A stretch of DNA of 61,313 bases, counting the filler, from Sphacelaria rigidula (Eukaryota): NCBI GenBank assembly GCA_964200075.2. It is 8 parts of 8 records of this genome, joined end to end, with 100 filler letters (N's around TTAATTAATTAA, not from the genome) between each part and the next. Parts side by side here need not be neighbours in the genome. Positions count along the whole stretch, not along the records: positions 30,709 to 38,285 come from CAXNAA020014267.1; positions 38,386 to 45,961 come from CAXNAA020014268.1; positions 46,062 to 53,637 come from CAXNAA020014269.1; 5 more parts are not named here. One strand, 5' to 3'. Position 1 is the first letter of the stretch. Each line of letters starts with the position of its first letter. Positions 37,201 through 48,090 of this stretch are shown here, in pieces. Made by a program: the position numbers and the translations under genes. The notes under the pieces were generated by a model. The model worked only from the letters and a program-made list of their open reading frames with translations. It was not told the origin of the DNA and did no database searches.

Positions 37201-37753
37201 TGTAGCTGTAACCGGTTACCTGCGAACCTCTGCAGGCCAGCGGACCTTCGCGAATTGCACTTTCCTTGCTTCGTCGCCGCACCACACAGTCGTAGGAGCC
37301 TCCAAACTCCCGCTGCACGCAGCTTCAGCACGTCTCCAGTCTGGATCAATCACAGGCCAGCCGCCTTTCTGCAGCCACCACCAGTTTGAAACCCCTGTCA
37401 CGCTTCCGTTATGTCAGGTTGTCCCCAGCTGCAAGACTCACTCCGCCGAGATCCTTTTCAGCAGATTTCTAGTACACACTAGCACTAGGACTAATATCGA
37501 TATTGTGGCGCCAGCCAGTGGAAGCACTGTTGGATCACTGCTGTTGAGGGACTCCCCAGTCTTACTGGCCTCAGGTTTCAGTTGTCAGCCTTTACAACAT
37601 CTCATTATTCAGGAGTGACCCTTCAGGCGGCTCCATAAACCACATCAGGTTATCACCCCTGTGTCAATGTCACCATCCATATCATCACTACAGACCCCCA
37701 GTCATCATCCAATCATCACTATATACTCAAAGTGACGGCGTGATTTCGTCACA
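34224..37753 (-). mobile_element. Ty3/Gypsy chromovirus-like LTR retrotransposon (3530 bp) lacking protease, RT and RNase H
   Basis: Two 250-bp TG...CA LTRs (34224-34473 and 37504-37753); flanks GAGC/GATC; purine-rich GTAGGGGTGC next to the 3' LTR; gag, integrase and chromodomain remnants inside. Confidence 0.93.
34600..37197 (-). pseudogene. Gag (CCHC knuckle) fused to integrase, followed by GPY/F module and chromodomain remnants
   Basis: CHLCGQVGHYARDC; integrase Zn region H...CLHC; HFDFLYV, WVSDTDTHFKN, AYSPWPNGTCERMVKE; EVGDYVLYAR...KLMATWTGP; VLVD*EGCEVEERTWEPL. Frameshifts near 36670 and 35210. Confidence 0.9.
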
Positions 37754-38826
37754 GATCCGCTGTTACATGTGACCCACCCTTCAGTTCGTGCGGGATGTAT
37801 GCATCATGGGCACATGCTCCCCACCATCCATTTGTACGGTATGAGTCGTCGGTACATATTTTCCACCTGTCACTTCATAGGGCGTGGATCACATGTACAT
37901 CTCTCCCACATGTAACTCGGGCGAGATGAATAAACTCTACATGTTTCCCACCTTCTATATAATATACCACACCCTGGACAATAGACATGGTAATGGTCTA
38001 TTGCTGCACTAATAGCTACGGTGATGATCACATTGATATCCATTGTGAAGAACAATGACTGCAACATATATTTGTCCATACCCATTGCTGAAAACAATGT
38101 ACTGGGTGATGTTTTCATCGATATATATCTTTACTGGCAATGATGTGTGAAATATTACACCGATGGGCACTTGTCGGTAACGATAAATTTTGGTTCATGC
38201 GACCGATATACATTGTGCATGGAAATGGACAATGAAAGTTCATGTCAATACACATGGTTCTTCGCCATAGATTCCGCAAATTTCCNNNNNNNNNNNNNNN
38301 NNNNNNNNNNNNNNNNNNNNNNNNNNNNNTTAATTAATTAANNNNNNNNNNNNNNNNNNNNNNNNNNNNNNNNNNNNNNNNNNNNTGTTGCTTGCCTTAG
38401 TCATTTGACCATTGACCACGCATCCCTTTCGAGACGGAGCGGGTTTGGGGGGGGGGGGCTATCGTAGAAAGTGTCGTCCATGACCAATAGCATGAGGAGG
38501 AACGTGATGGTCGCGTCTGCGGTCAGCGAACTTGTGGTCATTCAGAAGTCATCATACTGACGAACAACATGGCCGAAACAAATAGAGTTCAGTTCAGCAT
38601 TCGAATGTACGCAAGTCAAGAGCGAGATCGGCTCACCTACGACCTACCCTGCTTGGGTGTCAGCGATTGAATTTTCACATGTAGACGTGCATCAAGAAAT
38701 TTGGGGGGCGTCAAAGGAGGACCAAATGACAAGAGTTGCACTATACGGCGAGAGAGTTCTTGGATCTTTCACACCGTGGGCAATATACTCTATGGTGAAA
38801 ATAATGTACTGTGTACGGTATGGAAT

Positions 38827-39134
38827 CTTTTTTCTTTTTTCCCTCGCACTTTGAACCCCGCCCCTTCCTCGGGACGAGTCCGTGGTCTCAAGGGATCAAC
38901 CCATCTCTCCCCCCGGGTACGCGCCTTACATTTTGGTCTCGCGGATTGGGTCAGCACCCCCGCACCGCGTCAACTAAGGTCACACAAACCCAGTCGACTA
39001 CTTTGTTTACTCACGTTCTCACGCTTTCCCAGGTGGAAATGATACATTACGAAGAAACCCAACGCATCGGGAATCGAACCCTCGTTCCCGCCACCCTTAA
39101 TGGCGACAGTCGGACCATTACACCACCGGGTCGC
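38827..39134 (-). mobile_element. tRNA-derived SINE, family 2, full length
   Basis: Reverse complement aligns along its length with 26118-26418; A and B boxes and A-rich tail. Confidence 0.88.
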
Positions 39135-39904
39135 AGCTATTATCTGTTGCAAAAGGCGCAATAGTAGATACTATACGCAGTATACTTCTTGGCTGTGTAT
39201 TCTATTGTCCAGGATGTGGCATCTATAGACTACGGAAACACACCCACTGAACGCCGGGAACAAGTCGACAGCAACGCCGTGGCCGGGATCGCCTCCAGAT
39301 GACATTTTCCAAAATAATACCATGTCCGCCATGATTTAAGAACTGTCGAACTGGGTGCGGAGGATGCCGATGATATTAGCAATATATTCGGGGTACCTAC
39401 CATGCACAAGGCTCATATTGACGACATTTTCGGGACGGTACGTGGAGGAGCCGGGAGTGTGCAGAAGCCTGGTCAGATATCAAAGTCATCCCCAGTCTCG
39501 ATTCATAAGGCAGAAGATAGCGCTTGACTTGTCAGACATGCTTCGTTCTTTCACCTATGATGCAGTGACGAGCCGCCCTACATACGCTGCGACTCCAACC
39601 GTGAAGCGGAAAAACCTTTGCGAAGGATTTGATTCTTCTGGGATCACTTGGTGATTGACCTGAGTGTTCCGTCCCACTGTAACGATGGACGGTGTCGCGT
39701 GCCTTGATTGCGCTCGGAAATTCTAGAGCCCGATCCAGGTATTTGCCAGACGCAGCCCGCAATCTCACAAAAAAACAATCGACTTGTAAACCAGGTGACA
39801 TCACCTCCTCTTTTATGGAACACATGCCGTCGGGAACAATCTGCGTGGTCCCAACCAAATCTGCAAATGAAAACTGACCAACGGAATACCACCCCACGAC
39901 TTAC

Positions 39905-40137
39905 CGCAATGCACCTCCCCCACCGCCACTTTGCTTCTGTAGAGAAACCCCGCCAACACCGACATCTGCCGCACTACCAGTGGTGCCTGAACCGGCCCCC
40001 GAACCGGTTCCTGGGACGGTGGAAACTTTGTTCTTATTCTCGCTGCCCTTGACATCAGCACTGAAAATTTCGCTTAGAGCGCGCCAATCGCGCACGGCAC
40101 GAAGGACGACGTCGAGCGCCGCATGGGTCACATTGAT
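39905..40137 (-). CDS. VPS13: VPS13-family lipid-transport protein, internal exon (INVTHAALDVVLRAVRDWR...)
   Basis: Long pyrimidine tract plus CAG acceptor at 40138, GTAAGT donor at 39904; phase 0 continues exon 42270-42055, giving the ..INVT..L motif that follows WEPL in VPS13 proteins. Confidence 0.7.
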
Positions 40138-42054
40138 CTGGTGGGGTTTCCCGCAGCGTGCAAAGGAGATGTCCCGGACAGAGAACGAGGAGGGGCGGTG
40201 AGGGGACGGCGACGGGGACGGAATTGGGAGTGAAGGGCAGGGCAGCGTACATCATGCTGAGAGAGGTTGAAAATGGGCCCCGTTTCTCCACCTGCAGACC
40301 GTGACCCTTAAAGGTAGGTATCCATACAGCGTAGTATACTTTAGATGCATCTCACAAAGGTGAGTCAGTTGTAGGCATGGATTCACCTGTGCGGGAGATA
40401 GTCCCGTCACTTGAACTAACGTGCATTCTCCCAAGCACGAGTGGGTACTTCTAAATGTGTACAAGGTGTAACAGATGCAGATCTCGGCAAAGTTCCCGTC
40501 TGTCTGGGCAGCTGACATGAGCTGCATGCTAGACACGAGGCCACTTTTTTTGCGAGTACTGCTTCCGTTTTATAGTCTTCTGCAGGGATTTTTTCACGCA
40601 CATGACGTTTACTTTCGTTTTCTCATGTCGCTGTATCACAGCGTGCATCGCCACAACTCACAACTCACAACACTTCCAGAGGATTAAAGCTGGCTCTTTT
40701 CCATCACGTACGTATCGACACGCATACTGGAGCAGCCCACCAAGTCGAAGGGTGCGGCGTAGATTGCAGTCGTGGTGTGTCAAGATTTTGAATGTCTTGT
40801 GGTTCAACTGTATAGCCAGAAACGATGTGAAAGGCGACACCCTTACTATCACGACCATCAGCAAGAGAGTCATGATCCACATCATGATCTGATGCTGGGT
40901 AGGCTACTTCACTGGTGGCGACTGTGGGATATGCGGGAAAAACAAACTCTGACCGACACTGTGTATTATGATTTGAAAGGTATGAACATGCCGATTATGG
41001 CACATGGCATGATGACGGGGAGGGGGAGGGGTGGAAAGGGTCGTGCGGAACATAAAAAAAACCCCGCGAAAATCGAATTCAACGAGTCCGACATCACATG
41101 GGAAGTGGACCGAGGACTGAGTTTCTCGCAAAATTTGTTCCCATGCTGTTTGTTGGTTCACGGGTGCAAGCACTACGACATAGGAGGACTGCCGGAACGG
41201 CTGTCGACCGGGGTCGGCGATAGTGAGCGGGCAACCAGGGAGGGTGGGACGGGGAGAGGGGCTTGTGGAAGATATTGCACTGTTTTGTTGTATCTTGTAC
41301 CATGGGGGCTAGGTACCGGTAACATACGAATGATGACTTACACCGACGGTAACCAAGCAGAAGAGAAAATAAAGAGAGCACAGAAAAAAAAAAGGGGGAA
41401 AGTGAAAAAAAAAAAAACACCAAGCTAAGCAAGATCTAGTACACTTTCCGAGAATACCTCCCGATACCCTGCCAAAGCTTCAGGTAATGAGGTCGCGCGA
41501 AAAGCAATGTCGTGCAAGCGGGTTGACGAATGGATTGTTTGGTTCGTATCCAGCTACGTGGGGGATCGCACTATTCGAGCAGGAACTCTCACCCATCAGC
41601 TCTGTCGTCACACGGCATGAATCATTATTACGGCGCAGAGAGTGAGTGAAAGAGAGAGAGAGAAGAAAGCTAAAACAGACACGAAAAATGGAGGGCAGGA
41701 GGATATGTCACCATAATTTACTCTAGCTGTATCGGCATCTAGTAATTCGCCTCGCGCCGGGCGCGTGCTATCGCGCATGGGAAAAAGGTCTCGGATCGTG
41801 ATCAAACTGTGACGCTATAATAGCAAACCGCTGGAACGCTGACTTACACACAGGGAATCGGAAGATTGGCGAACAGCTCCAGCCAGTGCAAAAGTCCCGA
41901 CATATCGTTAGCCAACTCCTCAGCCCAACATGTTATTCTACAACACGGACGAGAGGGACGCGCGCGATAACGACGGGAAAAATAAAATGGCATCGCCGTA
42001 TGCACCTCTCTACCAGCGAAACTAGACACGCTTGCTCCACGCAACGCATCGCAC

Positions 42055-42270
42055 CTTGACATCTTCCTCGAAACAGGAAAGTCGCACCACCGAAGACAGT
42101 TCCCCTTCTCCGTTGCCAGCAATGAAATCGTCGACCTCTCCGTCCACGCCGAAGGTCCAAGCTTCGCGGCCGCGTGCGGGGGTACGTTTGACGATTTCTC
42201 GATCGCCCTTCACGACCACCCGTTCGAGCAATGGCTCCCACCGTCCTCCCGTGCCATGGTAGTAGTCCAC
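42055..42270 (-). CDS. VPS13: VPS13-family protein, internal exon (VDYYHGTGGRWEPLLERV...)
   Basis: TTTTTTCTCTAG acceptor, GT donor, 216 bp in phase 0; matches the VPS13 motif DYYNxxxxxWEPLIE. Confidence 0.78.
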
Positions 42271-43019
42271 CTAGAGAAAAAACGTTCAACCATTTTGGTA
42301 CTAGCAATGGAAAAGTGCTGATTTCGAGGTGCTGTTTCTTCAACAACATATGGTTGATTGTCGGCAGCTTCCAAGGACTACTATTTTGCCCAAGGCGTGT
42401 TTTTCAAATCCGCGACCGCTTCCAACCGGCGGTGAATCGCGTGAATACTGTATCGCACCTCACTCCTTCCACTTGTGGTGAGAGGATTTCTGTGTGCTCG
42501 GCCATACTACGTTATTCCTGTGATGCGGCTTAGCACGCTCGCCAAGTGTTGGGCGGGTACGACCTCCGGACTGCGGCACAACAATACTCCGGTGGGGTGC
42601 ATCACCTATATAAACGTGTGCCGCAGTGCCACACGGGACTAAATATATAGAAAATATACAGGTGGTGCCGATTTTTGTTGTATGGAATTCAGAGGCCGTG
42701 GTGCTGATTTTTGCTGCGTGCACGAAGTTGAACATACTTGATCCGTTGCGCTCCCTCATTCGATAAAACTCTTCTGATCGCAATACTGTAGAGCGACATA
42801 TTTGGTGCGAGCATGACGTATGTCGGTGGATTCTTCAGTGGCATTCCGCCGTAAAACTGGCTGCTGTCGGTATTTTCTTTTCCCATGTTTTCTTCTTGTC
42901 AGCGCTTGAAATAACGAGGCGTCCGGACGGGGGACGGGAGGCGAGGGTTCCCAAAGGGTCAAAACGGCCAGAAGAGAGTAGAACCTTGCACACGTCTGAC
43001 ACCTCACGAGATAACTCAG

Positions 43020-43160
43020 TCCTGTGATCTAACTCATCCAGTGGAAAAAGGTACCGCTGGCTTATACTGTATAACTCAGCTGGTGGGAAAAGGTACTGCT
43101 GAGCTATACCATATAGCTCTGCCAATGGAAATAAATACCACTGAGTCTTAGTATATCCCA
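43020..43160. repeat. 42-bp degenerate tandem repeat x3
   Basis: Translates on the minus strand as YLFPLAELYGIAQQ / YLFPPAELYSISQR / YLFPLDELD. Confidence 0.75.
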
Positions 43161-44682
43161 ACAGCTGGGCAGAACGGAAATTAGTTATATGAGATGAGTT
43201 GTCCGACGTGTGGTATCGTGGCATCCAACCTTCCGGAGGATCGATCAACTCTACTGTACACTGACGACTCATCACTTTGAGGTTATCCAGAGTTCGACGA
43301 ACCATCGCTAGGTCCAATCACAACATCCAAGATTTCTGAGGGCCTTATTTTGCTCGAAAAAAAAGAAGTTGCCCGCGGAAAAAAAAAAAAAGACTACCCA
43401 AATTTTGCGCCATTCCATTCGCCTGGGGCGCGCATACTTGGGGTTCAACGCTGAAAACAAAGCCCGAGGGTTCGTTCATACGGTACGAAACAATTACAAC
43501 ACTAGAAGCAAGTCATATTCAGGCGAATCATCTCTCATCAGATCCTCGGAAGTTTCGGATATGGATCATCTGATGGTTCATGGGGTGGCGAGGGAGGAGA
43601 GTGTGTGACATTGAAACTCACGGTGCATAGCCTCGATACCTCCGAGCTAAGTGGTATATATAGCGCTATCAACCATTGCACCGGAAAAGCTAAAGCCACG
43701 AGTACTGTCGATTTCTGCAAGGGGGTTCGAGAGTCACAGCTGATGAATTGTACAGTATAGGGTATTGTTCTTTTTCATGTCTGGATCGGGGCGAGCTGCT
43801 CTAGTAAGGGCATTATTTGTCCCATGAAAGCGTGGCTTATGCTCCTATTGAGAGCTTTTTTCTTCATAATTTGTTGTGATTTGTTCTCATAGACTCATAC
43901 ATGAATGGGGCGTCTGGCCCAGGAATAGTAGGGGACATTTCCAACGGAGTTAAGGGTACAAAAAACAGGACAAGCACAGTAAGAGCAGGGCAAGAGGAAA
44001 CATATGTCCCCTACTAGGAAAGCGGAACATGAGTAGTCGCACCCACGATGTCGAAGTGCTCCAACACTTCAAAATCCAGAAAACATACTACCCGGAATCC
44101 ATAGGACAATCAAGCAAAGCAGGTACAGCCACACAGTCAAGTACACTGGCGCTACCCTTGTCAACAGGTAAACCTGTTTGTAGAGAGCAGCCAACTGGGA
44201 ACATTGCATTACTCATTACAACCCAACCACTGATGCAAGCTGCGAGATTATTCAGTCAATCAACCCTATCTACTACACTTCGCGAAAAGGAGCCGAGTCG
44301 GCACAAACCTGAGCATCACAGGTGGCCGCAGTACGGCTAACCGGTACGGCAGAAATGGACTCAGAGTCAGAGCCTTCGGTAGGGCTGAGCGAAGGCAGAG
44401 TATACGCCCAGGAGGCGCGTTTATTTCGGTTCCACCTGCCACAAAACAAGCAGACGGCAAGCGTAGCGGTTGGCACGGAATACACCAGCTGGACGCCGTA
44501 ACTATTCACGTTCGTACTTCCTCCTTCTTTCCGTCATACATACATGAAATCCTTGTCTCTCATTGGGACAAGCCCGTCGTCTCAAGTGATGAAACCATAT
44601 CTCTCCCCATATCTGCCTCGCACTCGAACACCCAGGAGTAGATAATAACCATCGCAGTCCTTTGACTACGCTGGAAATTTAA

Positions 44683-44882
44683 ACCTTTTGGAACTCGCGA
44701 GAAACGGTACAAATTCCCACATGCGACCTTTCGTGACCGGAAAAACGTCACTTCGAGTTCGGTGCACGGATCTGTCACATTGGTATAATGGGCTGCATCA
44801 TCAACAGCCGCAGAAAAAAAAACCATGAACAAGAAAACGTCAATCGTAAATCGTCAATTTTCCATCAACAGTTCCAAAAGGG
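44683..44882. mobile_element. piggyBac-type MITE, shorter relative of 13299-13571
   Basis: CCTTTTGGAAC...GTTCCAAAAGGG ends and shared interior AAACGTCACTTCG.GTTCGGTGCACG and ACAAGAAAACGTCA. Confidence 0.75.
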
Positions 44883-44929
44883 AAAATAATAATGTTGGTA
44901 ATAATAACTTGGTAAGCTCGTCATGATCG

Positions 44930-45228
44930 TAACACCTCGCCTTTCTTGGGACGAGCCCGTGGCGTCAAGGAACCAACCCATCTCTCCCCTGGTACTGTGC
45001 AAGTCTTACATTTAGGAATCGTAGATTGGATCATGACGAACACTTGCGCATCGCGTCAACTCTGGTGGAAACAACTATTTTCGTCACTACTCACGTCATC
45101 ACGGTTTTGAAGACTTGAAATCAGGTACTTCGCATAACAAAATATAAAAAACTCTGCTGCCGGGTTCGAACCCTTTACCTTCTGCCCGAACTGGCTCTAG
45201 ACGTGCAAGTTGGCCAAACCACCGGGGT
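44930..45228 (-). mobile_element. SINE with the family-2 3' body and a divergent tRNA-like head; 3' fragment at 46450-46518
   Basis: Shares GGGACGAG.CCGTGG..TCAAGG.A.CAACCCATCTCTCCCC and CGCGTCAACT with family 2; head has TGGTTTGG and GGTTCGAACCC. Confidence 0.65.
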
Positions 45229-47399
45229 GCGAGTAGTATTGTTTCTGCCATCTCTCGTCATGAAGTCTTCGGACGACAGAGGCGACGAAAAACACTATTC
45301 TAGGATTTCCAGTCCAAAACTTTCACCCAACCTAATGTTGGTGAACCAGTTTGGACGCAGGAAAGCGGTGTCGGGTTTGTGGAAAGTGGCTAACGAATAC
45401 TTCAATCTTGCGTCAACGTTGAGGGAGCGTAGACGTACGCGGTGATAAGGTGGGCGTTCAGGAAGGAGCTGGGGAGGGGGTGCTCACTCATTGCCTGCCT
45501 TGGTCGTTTGACCATTGACCACGCATCCCTTTCGAGACTGAGCACCGTTCCCACTCCTAATAATAGAGACACCTCCAACGTTTAGGCGAGAGGTGGGGAG
45601 GGGGGGTGGGTACTCATGATTCTGCATACCGTAGTCATGTAACCGTTGATCTCACATCCCTACAAGGGACGGAGCACACCGGGTTTTCGCCGGACCAGGC
45701 TCGAAATTACCAAGCGCCAAGCGCCGTGATATGTTCGGCGGGCCGCTTCAAGGGTGAGCTGCATCCAACCAAGATTGTTCGATCCGGAGCGTACCTTATC
45801 ATATTGTGTACGGATATCAGTCTCGAATGAGTCGCTTCATTTTCTGGTATCGCTACTTCCAGAGACAGCCACGGGTTATACTTTCTCATGGGTGTCTCAC
45901 TCTCTGGGGGGGGGGGGCGTACTCATTTGTTGCATGCCTTAGTCGTTTGACCATTGACCACNNNNNNNNNNNNNNNNNNNNNNNNNNNNNNNNNNNNNNN
46001 NNNNNTTAATTAATTAANNNNNNNNNNNNNNNNNNNNNNNNNNNNNNNNNNNNNNNNNNNNCCCCCAATGTATGATACCCTCTTCTTCGCCTGCTGTTCA
46101 GCGACGTTAGGTGGCGGTTTGGACGTGCACACGCTCAATAGTCACCTAATGTTTTCCAAGTGCTTTAGCGAGTGCGAGGCCGCCCCAACCGCCGCCGGCC
46201 TAGCATCAGAATGGACGATACCGCACCCTGGTGAATGGAAAGTAAGTGACGACTCCTTTCCTCGTGGAAGGTGGTTTTGCTGCTGAAGTACAATGAGAGC
46301 ACTTCGAAAGGTAACTCGAACGTTCTAGGCGACTCGTGTGTTTCGTGTCATGTTGAATGTCCGTCAAGACTCTGCCTGGCTGCGCCAACGCAGTGTCCTT
46401 GTTTTATTGATTTATTTTTTCATCTGTTAATCAATTAATTTGTTTGTCGCACTTCGAACTCTTCTCTTTCCTCGGGACGAGTCCGTGGTCCCAAGCGACC
46501 AATCCATCTCTCCCCGGTTTTGTAACCGTTATACTGCCACACTGTCGTTGTAGCACGTTACATTGAAGAGGCACTCCCTATTCTACATTGGCATATAAAA
46601 TAACTTTATTGGCCCTGAGTCGCTGTCCGAAGTTGCATTGGCAGAGGCTTGCAATACCGTCCTGAAACAATCATCCTCTGCTTGAAATGAGGTATTCATC
46701 AAGGAGACGTTTGAGGTAATACATGGGAGAAGGCAGCTCTGCTGATCGTGAAACGAAGACTAGAACTCAAGACCTCCCGACCTAGCGTTGGAACGAAGCG
46801 GAATACTGTGGGGGTTCCACGCGTTTGTCACAGTTCCCGAGGGTGTATAGTGACGGCAGATGCTACTCTGTCGTGTTGCGACCTATGTCAAATCTCATCT
46901 GCGAAATCCGTTCATTGAGTAATTGTCGCCCTTGTGTGGAGCTAAGCGTGTTACCATGCTATATCGACTTTTTCGCCAGGACGCCGACCAGAATGAGCGC
47001 CGTTGACGATGTGTTGTGGCGGTGCTGTTGGGTTCCGTGGTTCGACGGCGACGCACATCATATACTTGGCCAACACTCTACATCCCCCTCCCCCCCGCGC
47101 CCTCCCTCCGACCGTATGCAAGAAACGTAATGACCATCGACTTTTGTTCGAGGCGTCTCTTCTAGGAGGAGGAACGGTGCTCCGTCTCGAAAAGGATGTG
47201 TGATCCATGGTTGAACGACCAAGGCAAGCAGCGAGTAAGTACGCCCCCCCGCCCCCACTTCCTCCTGTCCGTATTTTTCAATGTGTGTTCTTGATCCATG
47301 TTTCACCCCCCCCGCCGCGTCTACCTTTCCCCCTTTTTCACGTGTGCATCCCAATCCACACGCCGGTCACGCGTATACGACATATTCAGCTATTCAAAG

Positions 47400-47615
47400 G
47401 CGAAGGGAAAGCGACAACCGTCCAAGAACCTTCCGCGTCAAGCACCATGGCATCCTACCACTCGGAATCATACTGGACATCCGGTGCCTCTACCCCGGAC
47501 GACATGTCGCCGAACACGAGCCTGCTCATCAAAGGAGGAGTCACAGTGCGCACAGGCCCCTTGCAAATTAGTGCTGCTGACAAAACCAAAACCTTCACAG
47601 CGGCAGTAGATGATG
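47400..47615 (+). CDS. Possible internal exon of an unidentified host gene
   Basis: AAG acceptor after a pyrimidine-rich stretch, GTGAG donor, open phase 1-1 frame (GEGKATTVQEP...TAAVDDG); no family recognised. Confidence 0.4.
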
Positions 47616-47930
47616 GTGAGAAGGCATGGGCCGTTGAAGTTGGATGGTTGGTCAGTGGTGCGGGACAGGGTGTAGGAGAAGGGGACGTGGGAAGGAGGGA
47701 TAGGAGGGAGGTGCTTACGTTGCTGATGAATGCTCAAACAATGATTCCGTTAGGGGTATGGCGGGGGGCTGAAGAACGCAACACCTCCTAGTGTATCCTG
47801 TTGAGCTAATGCAGCAGCTTGAGGTGAACTTGTAAAAATGTCATATTGGAACGAAATGTAGCATTGTTTTTCAGGTGTTGTATTTTCGTGTCGATGTGCT
47901 GCAGTACAAACGGTCTCGTGGATGTTGGAT

Positions 47931-48090
47931 ATGCTGCAGCATTGAAGTACTCATAGATTTTGCACTCGCTGCAGTAGAAAGATACCCATGGATTCAGTAT
48001 GTGCTGGAATACAAATTAGTCATAGATTTTGAAACATGCTGCAGTAGAAAACTACTCATAGATTTTGCACTCGCTGCAGTAGAAAAAAAA
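47931..48090. repeat. ~37-bp degenerate tandem repeat
   Basis: CTCATAGATTTTGCACTCGCTGCAGTAGAAA recurs about three times. Confidence 0.75.

Noticed and set aside
40772-41428. 218-aa plus-strand ORF
   Set aside because: Antisense within a VPS13 intron, ends in A-runs, no domain signature
44340-44435. Additional upstream VPS13 exon (RWNRNKRASWAYTLP...)
   Set aside because: Plausible acceptor but weak donor and no recognisable VPS13 motif
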